Below, piece by piece: positions 48,802-64,000 of a stretch of 64,000 nt of DNA (positions are counted from its first letter, which is position 1; each line of letters begins with the position of its first letter). The notes under the pieces were generated by a model that worked only from the letters and a program-made list of their open reading frames with translations, searched no databases and had not been told where the DNA came from. Both the position numbers and the translations under genes were made by a program. Origin of the DNA: Acidobacteriota bacterium (GTDB taxonomy: Bacteria; Acidobacteriota; UBA890; WLXD01); NCBI GenBank assembly GCA_963666055.2, contig CAXWPH010000015.1, positions 2,165,120 to 2,229,119 of the forward strand, given 5' to 3'.

Positions 48802-49160
48802 CAGGCGGTGGTGAAAGTGTGATGGGTCTGGCGACAGGGTCTTGCGAGGTGGAGGCAAGGAGAGAGGAGGAGGCGATGGTTACCCCATCGTTGACGAGGA
48901 ACGACGCAGGATACGCGCGCAACCCCCCTGTCGCCCGAAGGGTTACGGTGATTTGGGGCCATCTGCAGCGTTGGCCTTCCTCGACGATGGCTAGGGCATT
49001 GCCAGTGTCAGGCCGCTTTCCATCTGGCCCCAACTCGCCGCAACCAGGCCCGCCACACTTCCACCACGGCCTGCTAGGGCATCGCCTGTGTCAGGCCGCC
49101 TTGCATCTGGCCCCAACTCGCCGTAACCAGACCCACCACACTTTCACCACGGCCTGCTAG
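48798..49160. mobile_element. MITE copy B with a duplicated 83-bp right arm
   Basis: Homologous to copy A; CTAG at 48798, 48991, 49074 and 49157; two right TIRs. Confidence 0.85.
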
Positions 49161-49161
49161 C

Positions 49162-50403
49162 GTGTCGTTCCCATCGGTCAATGAACAGATGGACCTGCTG
49201 CGCCAGGGCGTCGTAGATCTGGTGAGCGAGAAGGAGCTCGTCGCCAAGCTCGAAGGCTCGCTTCAGCGTGGCACGCCCCTAGTGGTCAAGGTCGGGTTCG
49301 ATCCGTCGGCACCCGATATCCATCTCGGTCACACCGTGGTCATACGGAAGATGAAGCAGTTTCAAGACCTCGGCCACGAGGTTGTGTTCGTCGTGGGGGA
49401 CTTTACGGGCATGATCGGCGACCCCTCGGGTCGCTCCAAGACCCGGCCTCAGCTCACGCCCGAGGAGATCAAGGCGAACGCCGACACCTATCGCCGCCAG
49501 GCCTTTCGCATTCTCGACGCCGAGCGCTCTCGAACCGAGTTCAACTCGAAATGGCTGAATGAGCTTGGGGCCCCTGGAATCATCCGCCTGGCGGCCAAGT
49601 ACACGGTGGCGCGGATGATGGAGCGCGATGATTTCAAGAAGCGGTACGAAAGCCAGCAGCCGATCGCCATCCACGAGTTCCTTTACCCGCTGGTGCAGGC
49701 CTACGACTCCGTGGCGCTGGCGGCCGACGTCGAGATGGGCGGCACCGACCAGCTCTTCAACCTGCTGGTAGGTCGCGACATCATGCGCGAGCATGGTCTG
49801 GAGCCGCAGGTGGTCATCACCATGCCGCTGCTGGTCGGCACCGACGGTGTTGACAAGATGAGCAAGTCGCTGGGCAATTACATTGCCATCGAGGATCCCT
49901 CCAACGAAATGTACGGGAAGGTGATGTCGCTCTCGGACGACACCATGTGGACGTACTGGCATCTGTGCACGTCGCCGAAGGAAGGCGAGATCGACGCGCT
50001 GCGGGCCGATGTCGGCGGCGGATCGTTGCACCCGAAGACGGTCAAGCAGCGATTGGCGCGCACCATCGTCGCCGACTACTACGACGATGAGTCCGCCGCG
50101 GCCGCCGAAGCAGAGTTCGAGCGCGTGTTCGCCGCGCACCAACTGCCGTCCGATGTGCCGGAGCACCGCGTCGAGGCTGCCGACGCTTTGTGGATAGTAA
50201 AGGCGATACGCGACTGCGGGTTCGCGTCGTCCAACGGCGAAGCGCGGCGTCTCATCAAGCAAGGGGCGGTGTCGCTAGACGGTGAGCGCGTTGGAGACGA
50301 GAGTGCGCAGGTGCCGCCCGATGGAGTGGAGCGGGTGCTCAAGGTCGGCAAGCGGCGTTTCGCGCGCCTGGTCGTCGGCCTCGATCGCCACGGCGGCGGG
50401 TAG
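49162..50403 (+). CDS. tyrS: Tyrosine--tRNA ligase
   Basis: GFDPSAPDIHLGH, QAYDS, GGTDQ, KMSKS, C-terminal S4 domain. Confidence 0.97.
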   Translation: MSFPSVNEQMDLLRQGVVDLVSEKELVAKLEGSLQRGTPLVVKVGFDPSAPDIHLGHTVVIRKMKQFQDLGHEVVFVVGDFTGMIGDPSGRSKTRPQLTPEEIKANADTYRRQAFRILDAERSRTEFNSKWLNELGAPGIIRLAAKYTVARMMERDDFKKRYESQQPIAIHEFLYPLVQAYDSVALAADVEMGGTDQLFNLLVGRDIMREHGLEPQVVITMPLLVGTDGVDKMSKSLGNYIAIEDPSNEMYGKVMSLSDDTMWTYWHLCTSPKEGEIDALRADVGGGSLHPKTVKQRLARTIVADYYDDESAAAAEAEFERVFAAHQLPSDVPEHRVEAADALWIVKAIRDCGFASSNGEARRLIKQGAVSLDGERVGDESAQVPPDGVERVLKVGKRRFARLVVGLDRHGGG

Positions 50404-50464
50404 TCGAGATCGAGCCGTTCCGTTCGCAGTGTGGTGGCCGACGATTGTTTCGGCTGCCTGCGGC

Positions 50465-50492
50465 TTGCGGCCGCCGACGGGACTGCTACAAT
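50465..50492 (+). promoter_or_regulatory. rRNA operon promoter
   Basis: TTGCGG-16-TACAAT with extended TG; boxA-like TTCTTTGAAAA near 50616. Confidence 0.55.
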
Positions 50493-50680
50493 TGCCGCTT
50501 GTCTCAGGGAGTGCTGTGTTTCAGCAAGGGCAATGCCCCGGTCTAATCGGCCGTGGGTCTTGCGCTCTGAAGCCGGTGGTCGCGAGGCCGTAACAGGCCT
50601 TCTGACCTTCCCCGGTTCTTTGAAAACTGAATAGCGTGCACATGCCTGCAACGACCTGAACTGTGCGGAGCAAACCTCTT

Positions 50681-52224
<1,544 letters not shown>

Positions 52225-52523
52225 AAGGAGTGCTTTGGGCGCAAGCCCACACACTCAACCCAAACAGTACCCACGGGTCGGATTCCGACTCGAGTCGCTT
52301 CGGCAATTCGAGATGGGGTTCGCGCTCATGGGCGATCAAACATTGCTCAGCACAGTCGAGTCTGCGCGGCTCGCACGCTATTCAGTTTTGAGAGAACCGG
52401 GTCTTCCATGACCTCGTTGCCCGCTGAATGTCGTCTCATTCACAGGATGAGCAGTCAATGGGCGGTGTTCTTTGACAGCCGGTCTCAGCAAGGGGTGCTC
52501 CAGGGCGCCTCGGGCAGCCTTTT

Positions 52524-52600
52524 GGGCCTATAGCTCAGTTGGCTAGAGCGCACCCCTGATAAGGGTGAGGTCCCTGGTTCAAATCCAGGTAGGCCCACCA
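52524..52600 (+). tRNA. tRNA-Ile(GAT)
   Basis: Cloverleaf, anticodon loop CTGATAA, encoded CCA. Confidence 0.98.
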
Positions 52601-52630
52601 AACTTCGCCCGGCTCGATCCGGGCGCTCTT

Positions 52631-52703
52631 GGGGAATTAGCTCAGTTGGGAGAGCGCCGGCTTTGCAAGCCGGAGGTCACCGGTTCGAGCCCGGTATTCT
52701 CCA
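52631..52703 (+). tRNA. tRNA-Ala(TGC)
   Basis: Cloverleaf, loop TTTGCAA, G3:U70 pair; CCA not fully encoded. Confidence 0.98.
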
Positions 52704-52940
52704 CCTGTTCCGCTCGGAGTCACGAGCCAGCTTGAAGCTGGCTCGTCACTGCTGGCGGAACTCGGACCTCGATCCAGAGTTCTCCAGCCGGTTCTTTGAC
52801 AATCGAATAGACAGGGTAACCACTTGAAGCATTTTTATAGCTTCAGAGTGCGTGTCTAGGCTCTTTATTGCTAAGAAATGAGTCCGGCCGAACCGTGGGT
52901 ATATTTGCCGCGCGCATCTGCTCGGGGTGAATGATTTCAT

Positions 52941-55965
<3,025 letters not shown>

Positions 55966-56165
55966 TATCATTCACCGCGCGCAGATGTGCCAGTGAGGAT
56001 GTATCAGTATGCGACATCACCACTGAATGTCACTGCGCGGTGAGCACGCTCGACCGATTCATTTCGGCAATGATTCATTCCGACATTTGAAATGTCGGCA
56101 GAGGTCGCATTGCGGCTTCTGGAGAAACAGAGCGTAGACGCGCAATACCTTGTCTATTCGAATTT

Positions 56166-56283
56166 TCCCGGTGTCTTTAGCAGAGAGGTCACACCCGTTC
56201 CCATTCCGAACACGGTAGTTAAGCTCTCTAGCGCCGATGGTACTGCATGGGCGACTGTGTGGGAGAGTAGGTCGTCGCCGGGT
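56166..56283 (+). rRNA. rrf: 5S ribosomal RNA
   Basis: CCCATTCCGAACAC, GCCGATGGTACTG, GAGAGTAGG. Confidence 0.97.
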
Positions 56284-56290
56284 TATTCTC

Positions 56291-56325
56291 GAAGCCCCGG
56301 GCCGTCTTCGACGGCCCGGGGTTTC
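56291..56325 (+). terminator. rrn terminator hairpin
   Basis: GAAGCCCCGGGCCGTC-ttc-GACGGCCCGGGGTTTC. Confidence 0.8.
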
Positions 56326-56427
56326 TCGTGTTGGAAGCGCCGTAGGCCCCTAGTGGTCAACGGATCGCCTCGATCCACCGTGTTAGCATCAGTTGATTCG
56401 ACCCCAACGGATGGAGCATCCGAGAGC

Positions 56428-57180
56428 ATGTCCGGGCATTCGAAGTGGGCCACCATCAAGCGCAAGAAGGCGGCCACAGACTCCGTCCGCAGCAAAATCT
56501 TCTCGCGCCTGGTCAAGGAAATCACCGTCGCAGCCAAGATGGGCGGCGGCGATCCTGACGCCAACCCACGCCTGCGTACCGCGATTGATGCCGCCAAGCG
56601 CGACAACATGCCGGTGGCGAATGTCGAGCGCGCGATTCAACGCGGCACCGGCGAGCTTCCGGGTGTTACGTACGAGGACGTCACATACGAGGGATTCGGC
56701 CCGGGCGGAGTGGCGATCTTGGTGCAGACGACCACCGACAATCGCCGGCGCACCGTGGCTGAGATCCGCAAACTGTTCGAGCGACGCGGCGGCAACCTGG
56801 GTGAGCCCAACACGGTTGCCTGGATGTTCAAACAGGCCGGCTACTTCCTGGTCGATGCGGCAACCGTAGAGGAGGATGCGCTGCTTGATGTGGCACTCGA
56901 GGCAGGAGCAGAGGACGTCTCGGTACAAGACGGTATGTACGAGGTCACCACTGCTCCCGGCGAGTTCCACGTCGTCAGGAAGGCGCTCGAGGAAGCTGGT
57001 ATCGCTTGCGAAACGCAGGAGATCGCGATGCTTCCACAGAACCTCGTGACCCTCGCCGGCCGCGATGCCGAGCGGTGCCTGCAGCTGATGGAAGTTCTGG
57101 ATGACCATGACGACGTGCAGAACGTCTGGTCGAACGCCGATCTCGACGAGGCGGTCGTCGGGCAGAGCGTGGCCGGCTGA
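56428..57180 (+). CDS. yebC: YebC/PmpR family protein
   Basis: MSGHSKWATIKRKK, NPRLR, YEGFGPGG, DDVQNVWSN. Confidence 0.97.
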   Translation: MSGHSKWATIKRKKAATDSVRSKIFSRLVKEITVAAKMGGGDPDANPRLRTAIDAAKRDNMPVANVERAIQRGTGELPGVTYEDVTYEGFGPGGVAILVQTTTDNRRRTVAEIRKLFERRGGNLGEPNTVAWMFKQAGYFLVDAATVEEDALLDVALEAGAEDVSVQDGMYEVTTAPGEFHVVRKALEEAGIACETQEIAMLPQNLVTLAGRDAERCLQLMEVLDDHDDVQNVWSNADLDEAVVGQSVAG

Positions 57181-57187
57181 CGACCGC

Positions 57188-57709
57188 ATGGCCGATCGGC
57201 GCGGTGCCCGTGTTCTCGGCATCGACCCGGGTTCTCGTGCTGCGGGTTACGGTGTTATCGATTCTCTCGGACAGCAGGCGCGCATCGTCGATCACGGCGT
57301 TATCCGGGTTCCGGCCGACCTGCCCTTGGCGCGACGCCTGATCCTGTTGTACCGCGAGCTTGCCGCGATCGTCGACCGGCACCGCCCCGATGAGGCGGCT
57401 ATCGAAGAGGTCTTCAGTGCCCACAACGCACGCTCGGCCCTTGTTCTCGGTCAGGCGCGCGGCGTGCTCATGTTGGCCGCCGCCGATCGTTGCGAGGTGT
57501 TCGAGTACAGCGCCCGGGCGGTCAAGAAAGCGGTTGTTGGCTACGGACAGGCCGACAAGCAGCAGGTCGCGCAGATGATCAAGACGTTGCTGGGACTTCC
57601 AAAGGTTCCACCTCAGGATGCCGCCGACGCGCTGGCGATCGCCCTGTGCCACGTCAACAGCCGCGGTGTTCGGCGTCGGGTGGACGCGGCCCTGGCTGCG
57701 GGTCGCTGA
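57188..57709 (+). CDS. ruvC: Holliday junction resolvase
   Basis: LGIDPG, LGQARG, VKKAVVGYG.ADK, DAADALA. Confidence 0.97.
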   Translation: MADRRGARVLGIDPGSRAAGYGVIDSLGQQARIVDHGVIRVPADLPLARRLILLYRELAAIVDRHRPDEAAIEEVFSAHNARSALVLGQARGVLMLAAADRCEVFEYSARAVKKAVVGYGQADKQQVAQMIKTLLGLPKVPPQDAADALAIALCHVNSRGVRRRVDAALAAGR

Positions 57710-57716
57710 GCAACGG

Positions 57717-58295
57717 ATGATCGGCTCCCTCCGCGGCCGGCTGTGTCACAAGACCACTGACGGGATCATTATCGACGTCGGCGGCGTCGGCTATGCGGTT
57801 ACCGTTCCTTTGTCTACATTCTACGAGCTCCCGGCTACCGACCACGACGTCAGGCTCCATATTCACACCTACGTTCGCGACGATGCGATCGAGCTCTACG
57901 GTTTCCGTACCAGCACCGAACAAGCTCTCTTCCAGTGCCTCATCAGCGTTTCTGGAATCGGTCCCAAGCTCGCCATAACGATTCTCTCGGGCATGGAGAG
58001 CGACACGCTGGTGTCGTCTATCGCCGACAGCGACATCGCACGCCTGATGAGCATTCCGGGAGTCGGCCGCAAGACCGCCGAGCGCATGGCGCTGGAGCTC
58101 AAGGACAAGGTGCTCGACGTGATGCCCGCGGCTCGCGAGACGACCGTCACCGGGGTGCGCGACGATGTGCTCTCCGCGTTGCTGAATCTGGGGTACCGTC
58201 GGCGTGACGCCGAGGCCGCATTGGAGGGGGTCGAGGAGCCCGCCGACGACTTCGAGACACTGCTGCGACAAACATTGAGGATGCTGGCGAAGTGA
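57717..58295 (+). CDS. ruvA: Holliday junction branch migration protein
   Basis: [39 protein letters not shown]. Confidence 0.97.
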   Translation: MIGSLRGRLCHKTTDGIIIDVGGVGYAVTVPLSTFYELPATDHDVRLHIHTYVRDDAIELYGFRTSTEQALFQCLISVSGIGPKLAITILSGMESDTLVSSIADSDIARLMSIPGVGRKTAERMALELKDKVLDVMPAARETTVTGVRDDVLSALLNLGYRRRDAEAALEGVEEPADDFETLLRQTLRMLAK

Positions 58296-59317
58296 GCGAA
58301 CGACTGGTGATGCCCGGTTCGCTCTCCGAGGAGGAGCGCTACGACGTCGCGCTGCGCCCACGCTCACTCGATCGCTACGTCGGTCAAACTCGCATAGTCG
58401 ACAACCTCAGGGTCTTCATCACCGCCGCCAGGCAACGCGGCGAGCCGCTCGATCACGTCCTCCTGTTCGGACCGCCCGGCCTCGGCAAGACTACCCTCGC
58501 CAACATCATTGCTCACGAGATGCGGGTCGACCTGCGATCAACTTCGGGACCGGTGATCGAAAAAGTCGGCGATCTGGCGGCGATCCTCACCAACCTCGAG
58601 GACGACGCGCTCCTGTTCATCGATGAGATCCACCGTTTGTCAGCGGCTATCGAGGAAGTTCTCTATCCCGCGATGGAGGACTACCAGATCGATATCGTCA
58701 TCGGCGAGGGCCCCAGCGCCCGCTCGGTCAAACTGCCGTTGCCCAGGTTCACGCTGGTGGGATCGACAACCCGAGCGGCGCTGTTGACGTCGCCTCTGCG
58801 TGGCCGGTTCGGTATCGTTTTTCGGCTCGATTACTACTCCCAGGACGAGCTTGCCCAAATCGTCGCCAACTCGGCGGAGCTTCTCGGCGTCGATCTAGGG
58901 CCGGAGGGTGGGCTGGAGATCGCGCGACGTTCTCGCGGTACCCCGCGCGTGGCCAATCGATTGCTCCGTCGAGTGCGGGACTACGCGCAGGTTCAGGGCG
59001 ACGATCGGATCGACCAGGATGTGGCGCGCACCGCGCTGGCGCGGCTCGAGGTTGACGAGATCGGATTCGACGAGATCGATCGGCGCCTGCTGCTGACGGT
59101 GATCAACGATTTCTCGGGCGGACCAGTAGGGCTGAGCACCATTGCGGCATCGATCGGCGAAGATAAATCGGCGATCGAGGATGTTTATGAGCCCTACTTG
59201 ATCCAGTTGGGCTTTCTTCAACGTACACAACGGGGTCGGGTAGCGACGGCGAAGGCGTATCGACACTTCGGCATCGTGCAGCGTCCGGACGGTGCCGGCC
59301 AGCCGCCGCTCTGGTAG
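58292..59317 (+). CDS. ruvB: Holliday junction helicase
   Basis: [33 protein letters not shown]. Confidence 0.98.
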   Translation: MSERLVMPGSLSEEERYDVALRPRSLDRYVGQTRIVDNLRVFITAARQRGEPLDHVLLFGPPGLGKTTLANIIAHEMRVDLRSTSGPVIEKVGDLAAILTNLEDDALLFIDEIHRLSAAIEEVLYPAMEDYQIDIVIGEGPSARSVKLPLPRFTLVGSTTRAALLTSPLRGRFGIVFRLDYYSQDELAQIVANSAELLGVDLGPEGGLEIARRSRGTPRVANRLLRRVRDYAQVQGDDRIDQDVARTALARLEVDEIGFDEIDRRLLLTVINDFSGGPVGLSTIAASIGEDKSAIEDVYEPYLIQLGFLQRTQRGRVATAKAYRHFGIVQRPDGAGQPPLW

Positions 59318-59376
59318 CGGGCGGCATCGCTGGCGTGCCGCTCCGGCCGCCCCAATCAGCAGGCCGACATGAGGCC

Positions 59377-60477
59377 ATGCAAGTAGCCGCATTCGACTAC
59401 GAGCTGTCGCCGGAGCGGATTGCTCAGCAGCCAGCCGAGCGCCGGGATCACAGCCGGCTGATGGTTCTGACAGGGGCCAGGGGCGCCGGGGCCGCCTCGA
59501 GCCGGCGGCGTGAGCCGCCCGTCGACCTCTTGGACGGGAAGCTCGAGCACAGGCGTTTTCACCAACTCGCCGAGATCCTCACTCCCGGCGACCTACTGGT
59601 GGTCAACAACGCCCGCGTCGTGCCGGCTCGGCTCGACGCCAAGCGGGCGACAGGTGGCTCCGTGGAGCTGCTCATGGTGGCACCGTCGAGTTCGGGCGCG
59701 GCGCGCTGGCGCGTGCTGGCGCGGCCGGCGCGTCGCCTGCGCACGGGGGATGCGCTCCAACTGGCGGATGGCACAGCGTTGCGCGTTGTGGCCGTGAGAT
59801 GCGACGGCGAGCGCGTGGTCGAGGCGCCTCCCGGCACGGATATCGAGGCTTTGATCGACCGGCTCGGCCGCATGCCATTGCCGCCCTACATTCATGCCGA
59901 CAACACAGCAATACGGACACGACTCGATCGAGAACGCTACCAAACGGTCTATGCGACTGTCCCGGGAGCGGTCGCAGCTCCGACCGCCGGCCTTCACTTC
60001 ACCGCGGACCTCATGGAAGGCCTGCGCCACCGGGGCATCGAGATAGTGTCCGTCACGCTGCGCGTCGGCACCGGGACCTTTCGACCGATTACTACCCGCA
60101 GCATTGACGACCATGTGATGCACGAAGAGGTATACGAGATCCCCGTGGAAACCGCCAACTCTGTCGCACGCGCACGGGCCGAGCGGCGTCGTGTGGTGGC
60201 GGTCGGAACAACGAGCGTTCGCACCCTCGAACACGCCGCTGACGCTGATGGCATCGTCGTCGCGGGTGCCGGAAGCGCCGATCTGTACGTTCGGCCGGGG
60301 TACCGCTTTCGAGTGGTCGATGCGATGATCACGAACTTCCATTTGCCTCGCTCAACCCCGCTGATGATGGTCGCCGCATTGGTTGGTCGCGCTCGACTGC
60401 TGGAGGCCTATGCTGCTGCCAACGAGCGTGGCTATCGTTTCTATTCCTACGGCGACGCCATGTTGTTATTGCCATGA
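59377..60477 (+). CDS. queA: S-adenosylmethionine:tRNA ribosyltransferase-isomerase
   Basis: IAQQP, PLPPYI, YQTVYA, AAPTAGLHF, TNFHLPRST, FYSYGDAM. Confidence 0.97.
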   Translation: MQVAAFDYELSPERIAQQPAERRDHSRLMVLTGARGAGAASSRRREPPVDLLDGKLEHRRFHQLAEILTPGDLLVVNNARVVPARLDAKRATGGSVELLMVAPSSSGAARWRVLARPARRLRTGDALQLADGTALRVVAVRCDGERVVEAPPGTDIEALIDRLGRMPLPPYIHADNTAIRTRLDRERYQTVYATVPGAVAAPTAGLHFTADLMEGLRHRGIEIVSVTLRVGTGTFRPITTRSIDDHVMHEEVYEIPVETANSVARARAERRRVVAVGTTSVRTLEHAADADGIVVAGAGSADLYVRPGYRFRVVDAMITNFHLPRSTPLMMVAALVGRARLLEAYAAANERGYRFYSYGDAMLLLP

Positions 60478-60755
60478 GCTTTCAACGGGTCGGCAGCGTG
60501 CTGCCCGGCTTGGTGGCTCGTTGGATCGAAGATCCCGAGTTGCGCTGGAGGATCGTCCAGCGCGCCTGGAAGGACGCCACCGGCGATTCGGCGTCACGGC
60601 ATTCGGTGGCCCGGTCGATGGAAGACGGTGTGCTTACAGTAGAAGTCGACGACCCGCGGTGGCGCCGTAGTCTCATCGAGTTGGAGTCGGAGATTCTGGC
60701 CAAACTGCGGGTTGCTCTCGGAAAGGACACAGTTCGGCGCATCGAATGGTCCTGA
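60474..60755 (+). CDS. DUF721/DciA family protein
   Basis: W...G...RHS, GVLTVEV...W...L pattern; ATGA overlap with queA. Confidence 0.72.
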   Translation: MSFQRVGSVLPGLVARWIEDPELRWRIVQRAWKDATGDSASRHSVARSMEDGVLTVEVDDPRWRRSLIELESEILAKLRVALGKDTVRRIEWS

Positions 60756-60777
60756 GAGAAGCCTTGGAGCGAGGTAG

Positions 60778-62355
60778 GTGAACAGGGTTCGGACGGCGCT
60801 GTTGTCTGTCTACGACAAGTCCGGCCTGGCGGATTTCTGCGGTCGTCTGTCCGCGCATGGCGTGCGCTTGATCTCAACCGGCGGCACCGCCCGCCATCTG
60901 TCTGACGCAGGGTTGGAAGTCACTCCGCTAGGAGAAGTCACCGGCCAGGGAGAGATGCTTGGCGGGCGTGTAAAGACGCTGCATCCGGCCGTGTTTGGCG
61001 GCATTCTGGCGCGACGAGAGGATGCCGCCCAGATGCGCGAGCTCGCTGATGCGGGGATTGATCCGATTGATCTCGTAGTAGTCAACCTTTACCCGTTCCG
61101 CTCCACGGTGGCTGCTCCCGAGCACCGTCTCATCGACGCGCTCGAGCAGATCGACATCGGCGGGGTCAGCTTGCTGCGGGCCGCCTACAAGAACTTCTCC
61201 GGGGTTGTCGTGGTGGTCGATCAGGCCGACTACGAGTCCGTGCTGGATGCCATAGACGCCGGAGAGATCAGCTTGTCGCAGCGGCTTGGATGGGCCCGCA
61301 AGGCAGTCGAGCACACGGCAAGCTACGAAGCTGCGATCTGCAACTATCTGAGCGGCATCGATGTGGCCGGTGTGGAGCTCGAATCGTCGCCTCAACACAC
61401 CGCGCATCCGGACTCGCTGGCGCTCGTCTATCGGCAGCGCGCGACGCTACGGTACGGCGAGAACCCACACCAGTCGGCAGCGGTCTATGCCGCGTCGGGC
61501 GCGGCAGCAGCCGGCCTGCTGGGGGCGGAGCAACTCCAGGGGAGGGAACTGTCTTTCAACAACTATCTGGATGCAGATACCGCCTGGAAGCTCGCCTGGG
61601 CGCTGCCGTCACCCGGTGTCATGATTATCAAGCATTCGAACCCTTGTGGCGCCGCGATCGCCGCCACACCAGCCGAGGCCTACCGTAGGGCGCGCGCCAC
61701 TGATCCGATTTCGGCCTTCGGTGGCGTCGTCGGGCTCAACTGCACGGTCGACGCCAAGGTCGCCGCGGAGATCGTTACGACCTTCATCGAGGTCGTCATC
61801 GCTCCGGGGTTCGAAGACGAAGCGTTACGGATGCTCAGCTCGAAACCGGACCTGCGGTTGCTGCGGGCGGCGGCGCCGAGCAGGGATCTGCAAAGTCTTC
61901 CCGAGCTGCGCCAGGTTTCCGGTGGCCTCCTGGTGCAAGGGCCCGACACGCTGTCCGCCGATCGCTGGGAGGTGGTTAGCCAGCGACAGCCTAGCGCCGA
62001 ACAGGATGCGGACCTACGTTTCCTTTGGGGCTTGATCCCGGGAGTGAAATCCAACGCCATTGTGATCGGACGCGCTGGTCAGATGCTCGGTGTCGGCGCG
62101 GGTCAGATGAGTCGCGTCGATTCATGCCGGTTCGCTGTCTGGAAGGCGGTCGAGGCCGGGCATGACCTTGATGGCGCCGCCGCCGCTTCCGATGCCTTCT
62201 TTCCGTTTGCCGACGGAGTCGAAGCGCTAGCGGAGGCCGGCGTCGCGGCGATCGTCCAACCTGGCGGCTCGAAGCGCGACGACGAGGTCATCGCCGCCGC
62301 CAATCGCCGGGGTCTGGTACTGGTGCACACCGGCACGCGCCACTTCCGCCACTAG
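60778..62355 (+). CDS. purH: Bifunctional AICAR transformylase/IMP cyclohydrolase
   Basis: [44 protein letters not shown]. Confidence 0.98.
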   Translation: MNRVRTALLSVYDKSGLADFCGRLSAHGVRLISTGGTARHLSDAGLEVTPLGEVTGQGEMLGGRVKTLHPAVFGGILARREDAAQMRELADAGIDPIDLVVVNLYPFRSTVAAPEHRLIDALEQIDIGGVSLLRAAYKNFSGVVVVVDQADYESVLDAIDAGEISLSQRLGWARKAVEHTASYEAAICNYLSGIDVAGVELESSPQHTAHPDSLALVYRQRATLRYGENPHQSAAVYAASGAAAAGLLGAEQLQGRELSFNNYLDADTAWKLAWALPSPGVMIIKHSNPCGAAIAATPAEAYRRARATDPISAFGGVVGLNCTVDAKVAAEIVTTFIEVVIAPGFEDEALRMLSSKPDLRLLRAAAPSRDLQSLPELRQVSGGLLVQGPDTLSADRWEVVSQRQPSAEQDADLRFLWGLIPGVKSNAIVIGRAGQMLGVGAGQMSRVDSCRFAVWKAVEAGHDLDGAAAASDAFFPFADGVEALAEAGVAAIVQPGGSKRDDEVIAAANRRGLVLVHTGTRHFRH

Positions 62356-62448
62356 TCGTCTGTTACAGGCCACTAGCAGTCGGCATGATGCGGCACCGCC
62401 TTGCCGTCGATTGTCGCGGCGACCCACGGCCCGTGGGGCATCTCCCGA

Positions 62449-64000
62449 CTACGCTTTGACCACCCGCGTGCCGCTGAGTCGGTCGTGCAGGGCGCGATGC
62501 TCGGCGTCCTTGAGCGCCGGGATCAACCCCAGCCCGGCAGGAAGCATCGCGGCGGCATAACTAAGCGTCCGCACGGCTGCTTTGCCATAACCGACCCGGA
62601 AGCGGTCGGACCCGATGACACGGATTCGCATCGCCATCTTGCCGAGCGTCTGGCCGCAGGTGCCCACGAAGAGAATCCCGTAGCCGAAGCCGAAGATCAG
62701 CCACGCAGCGGCGAACGGAACCGGTGCCGCTTGGACGAACGACCATACGCCAGTGCCGGCCGCACTCGCTCCGCCGAACATCAGCAATACGGCGATCGTC
62801 GTCAGCACCAGCGTGTCGGCGAGGGCCGAGAACACCCGATCTGATATTGGCGCTGTCGGATCCATCGGGTCGCGTTGGGCATCCAGGATCGTGTCGGCAT
62901 CGGAAGGTGCTTCGAGGTCCCATTCCATTGCCGTGTCCGTCGGTAGGGGTGCGAGCTCTGGTGGTGAGCCCTCTGCTCCAATCAACGCGGCTGTTTCAAT
63001 CGGTGCGGTCTCGGCCGGATCGAACAGGCCCGGGAAGCGGCGGGGGCTGTGGTCTTCAGGCTCCGTGGTCTCCGTCGCCGCTCCGCTGTCTTCTCGAGAG
63101 GATTCCGGCGCCGGGTCCGATTGCTGCTCGACCCACGTCGGCGTCTCGGAAGCCAGCCCGCCCTGCCCTGGGGCGCTTGCCGGCTCGACCGCCACAGCGC
63201 GCGGCTCAGCGGGTGGGGTATCGGTGCCCGCCCGGACTGGTGGATTCTCGACAACCGGGATCGTGGTCTTCTTTGGCCGTTCGTCAAAGCTCGATCGCGG
63301 CACCGGTAGCTTCCCGGCAGAGTATTCGCCCACGATGTGAACGTCGCGCGAAGCCAAGTCCACCGGTTCCACCGAGGTCTCGGGCTCGGTCGTGGAGACG
63401 GTAGCCCTCGACGGGCGATCCTCGTCCGCAGCGGGCTTGGCCTTCGACCGTGTGCTCGTTTCGTGTGCCGGTGGCGCCTGCTGCAGCGGATCGCCGGCGA
63501 GTAGCGCGTCGGCGTTGAGTTGCCCGGGGGTGTTCGCGGCGAAGGCCCCAGCGGCTTGATCGTCGCGCTGACGAGGAAGCGCCCAAGCCGGGATATCGAC
63601 GTCCGATAGCTCGTTAGGTATCGCATCCAGATCGGGCGGAGGAGGTGGCTGCGTGATCGGTGCCGTAGTCTCGATGGTTCCCTGCATCTTTGCCCAACCG
63701 GGCGTCTCGGTCCGGAAGCCGTCAAGAGGCGGGGGGATCTGTCGGTTCGCCTGGGGGCTCGTTGGCGCTCGCTTCCGGGGCTTTTTCGACGGTCTCGTTC
63801 AGCGGGTTGTCATCGATGAGTTGGGCCTCATCCTGGAACAGCGGTACGGTGTCGCCGGGTGGTGTGTCCGGGGCCTCATCAAACAGCGGCGCGGTGTCGC
63901 CGTATACCGGGGCCTCGAGAAACTGTTCGGCAGGCGACGACTCCTCGATGCCTCCATCGTGGTCGAACTGGGCGAGGTCCGCATCGGGTGCGCTCATCGT
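62449..64000 (-). CDS. RDD family membrane protein with a long acidic Pro-rich N-terminus (5' partial; +1 frameshift at G6 run 63731-63736)
   Basis: R..SALAD, GQTLGKMAMRIRV, RALHDRLSGTRVV; removing one base joins ORF 63722..63997 in frame (TDPPPLDGFRTETPGWAKMQG). Confidence 0.8.

Noticed and set aside
48991-49160. CRISPR-like repeats
   Set aside because: Only two 83-bp units, no unique spacers and no cas genes; part of the MITE

Overview
GC-rich bacterial chromosomal segment, most likely an Acidobacteriota-like organism (inferred from 16S features and gene order). From left to right: (1) a glycan-tailoring block with an AMP ligase, LuxE- and LuxC-like genes, a hexapeptide acyltransferase and a GT2; (2) yacL, an ECF sigma factor, Gfo/Idh/MocA and DegT genes, ydcF and a putative anti-sigma factor; (3) a T2SS-like cluster (GspF, GspE, PilM/N/O-like, TPR-secretin-cohesin, three pseudopilins) with a Zn-dehydrogenase embedded in it; (4) a Myxococcus/Geobacter-type type IVa pilus cluster (pilB, epimerase, pilT, pilC, pilS, pilR, sigma54-driven pilA, ABC pair, TPR protein, pilD, four minor pilins); (5) an M16 peptidase, purB-S-Q-L-F-M-N and tyrS; (6) a complete rRNA operon (16S, tRNA-Ile, tRNA-Ala, 23S, 5S); (7) yebC-ruvCAB-queA-DUF721-purH and a partial RDD gene. 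Most notable observations: a MITE family inserting at TAG stop codons, whose ends bracket the minor-pilin cassette and which forms a nested copy directly before tyrS; a hairpin-array, GGA-rich candidate sRNA between pilC and pilS; a pseudopilin with a 165-aa FG/Gly/Gln-rich insert; and a LuxCE-type acyl-sugar pathway interleaved with pilus genes. Five net +1 frameshifts and one 65-bp tandem duplication suggest an error-prone assembly.
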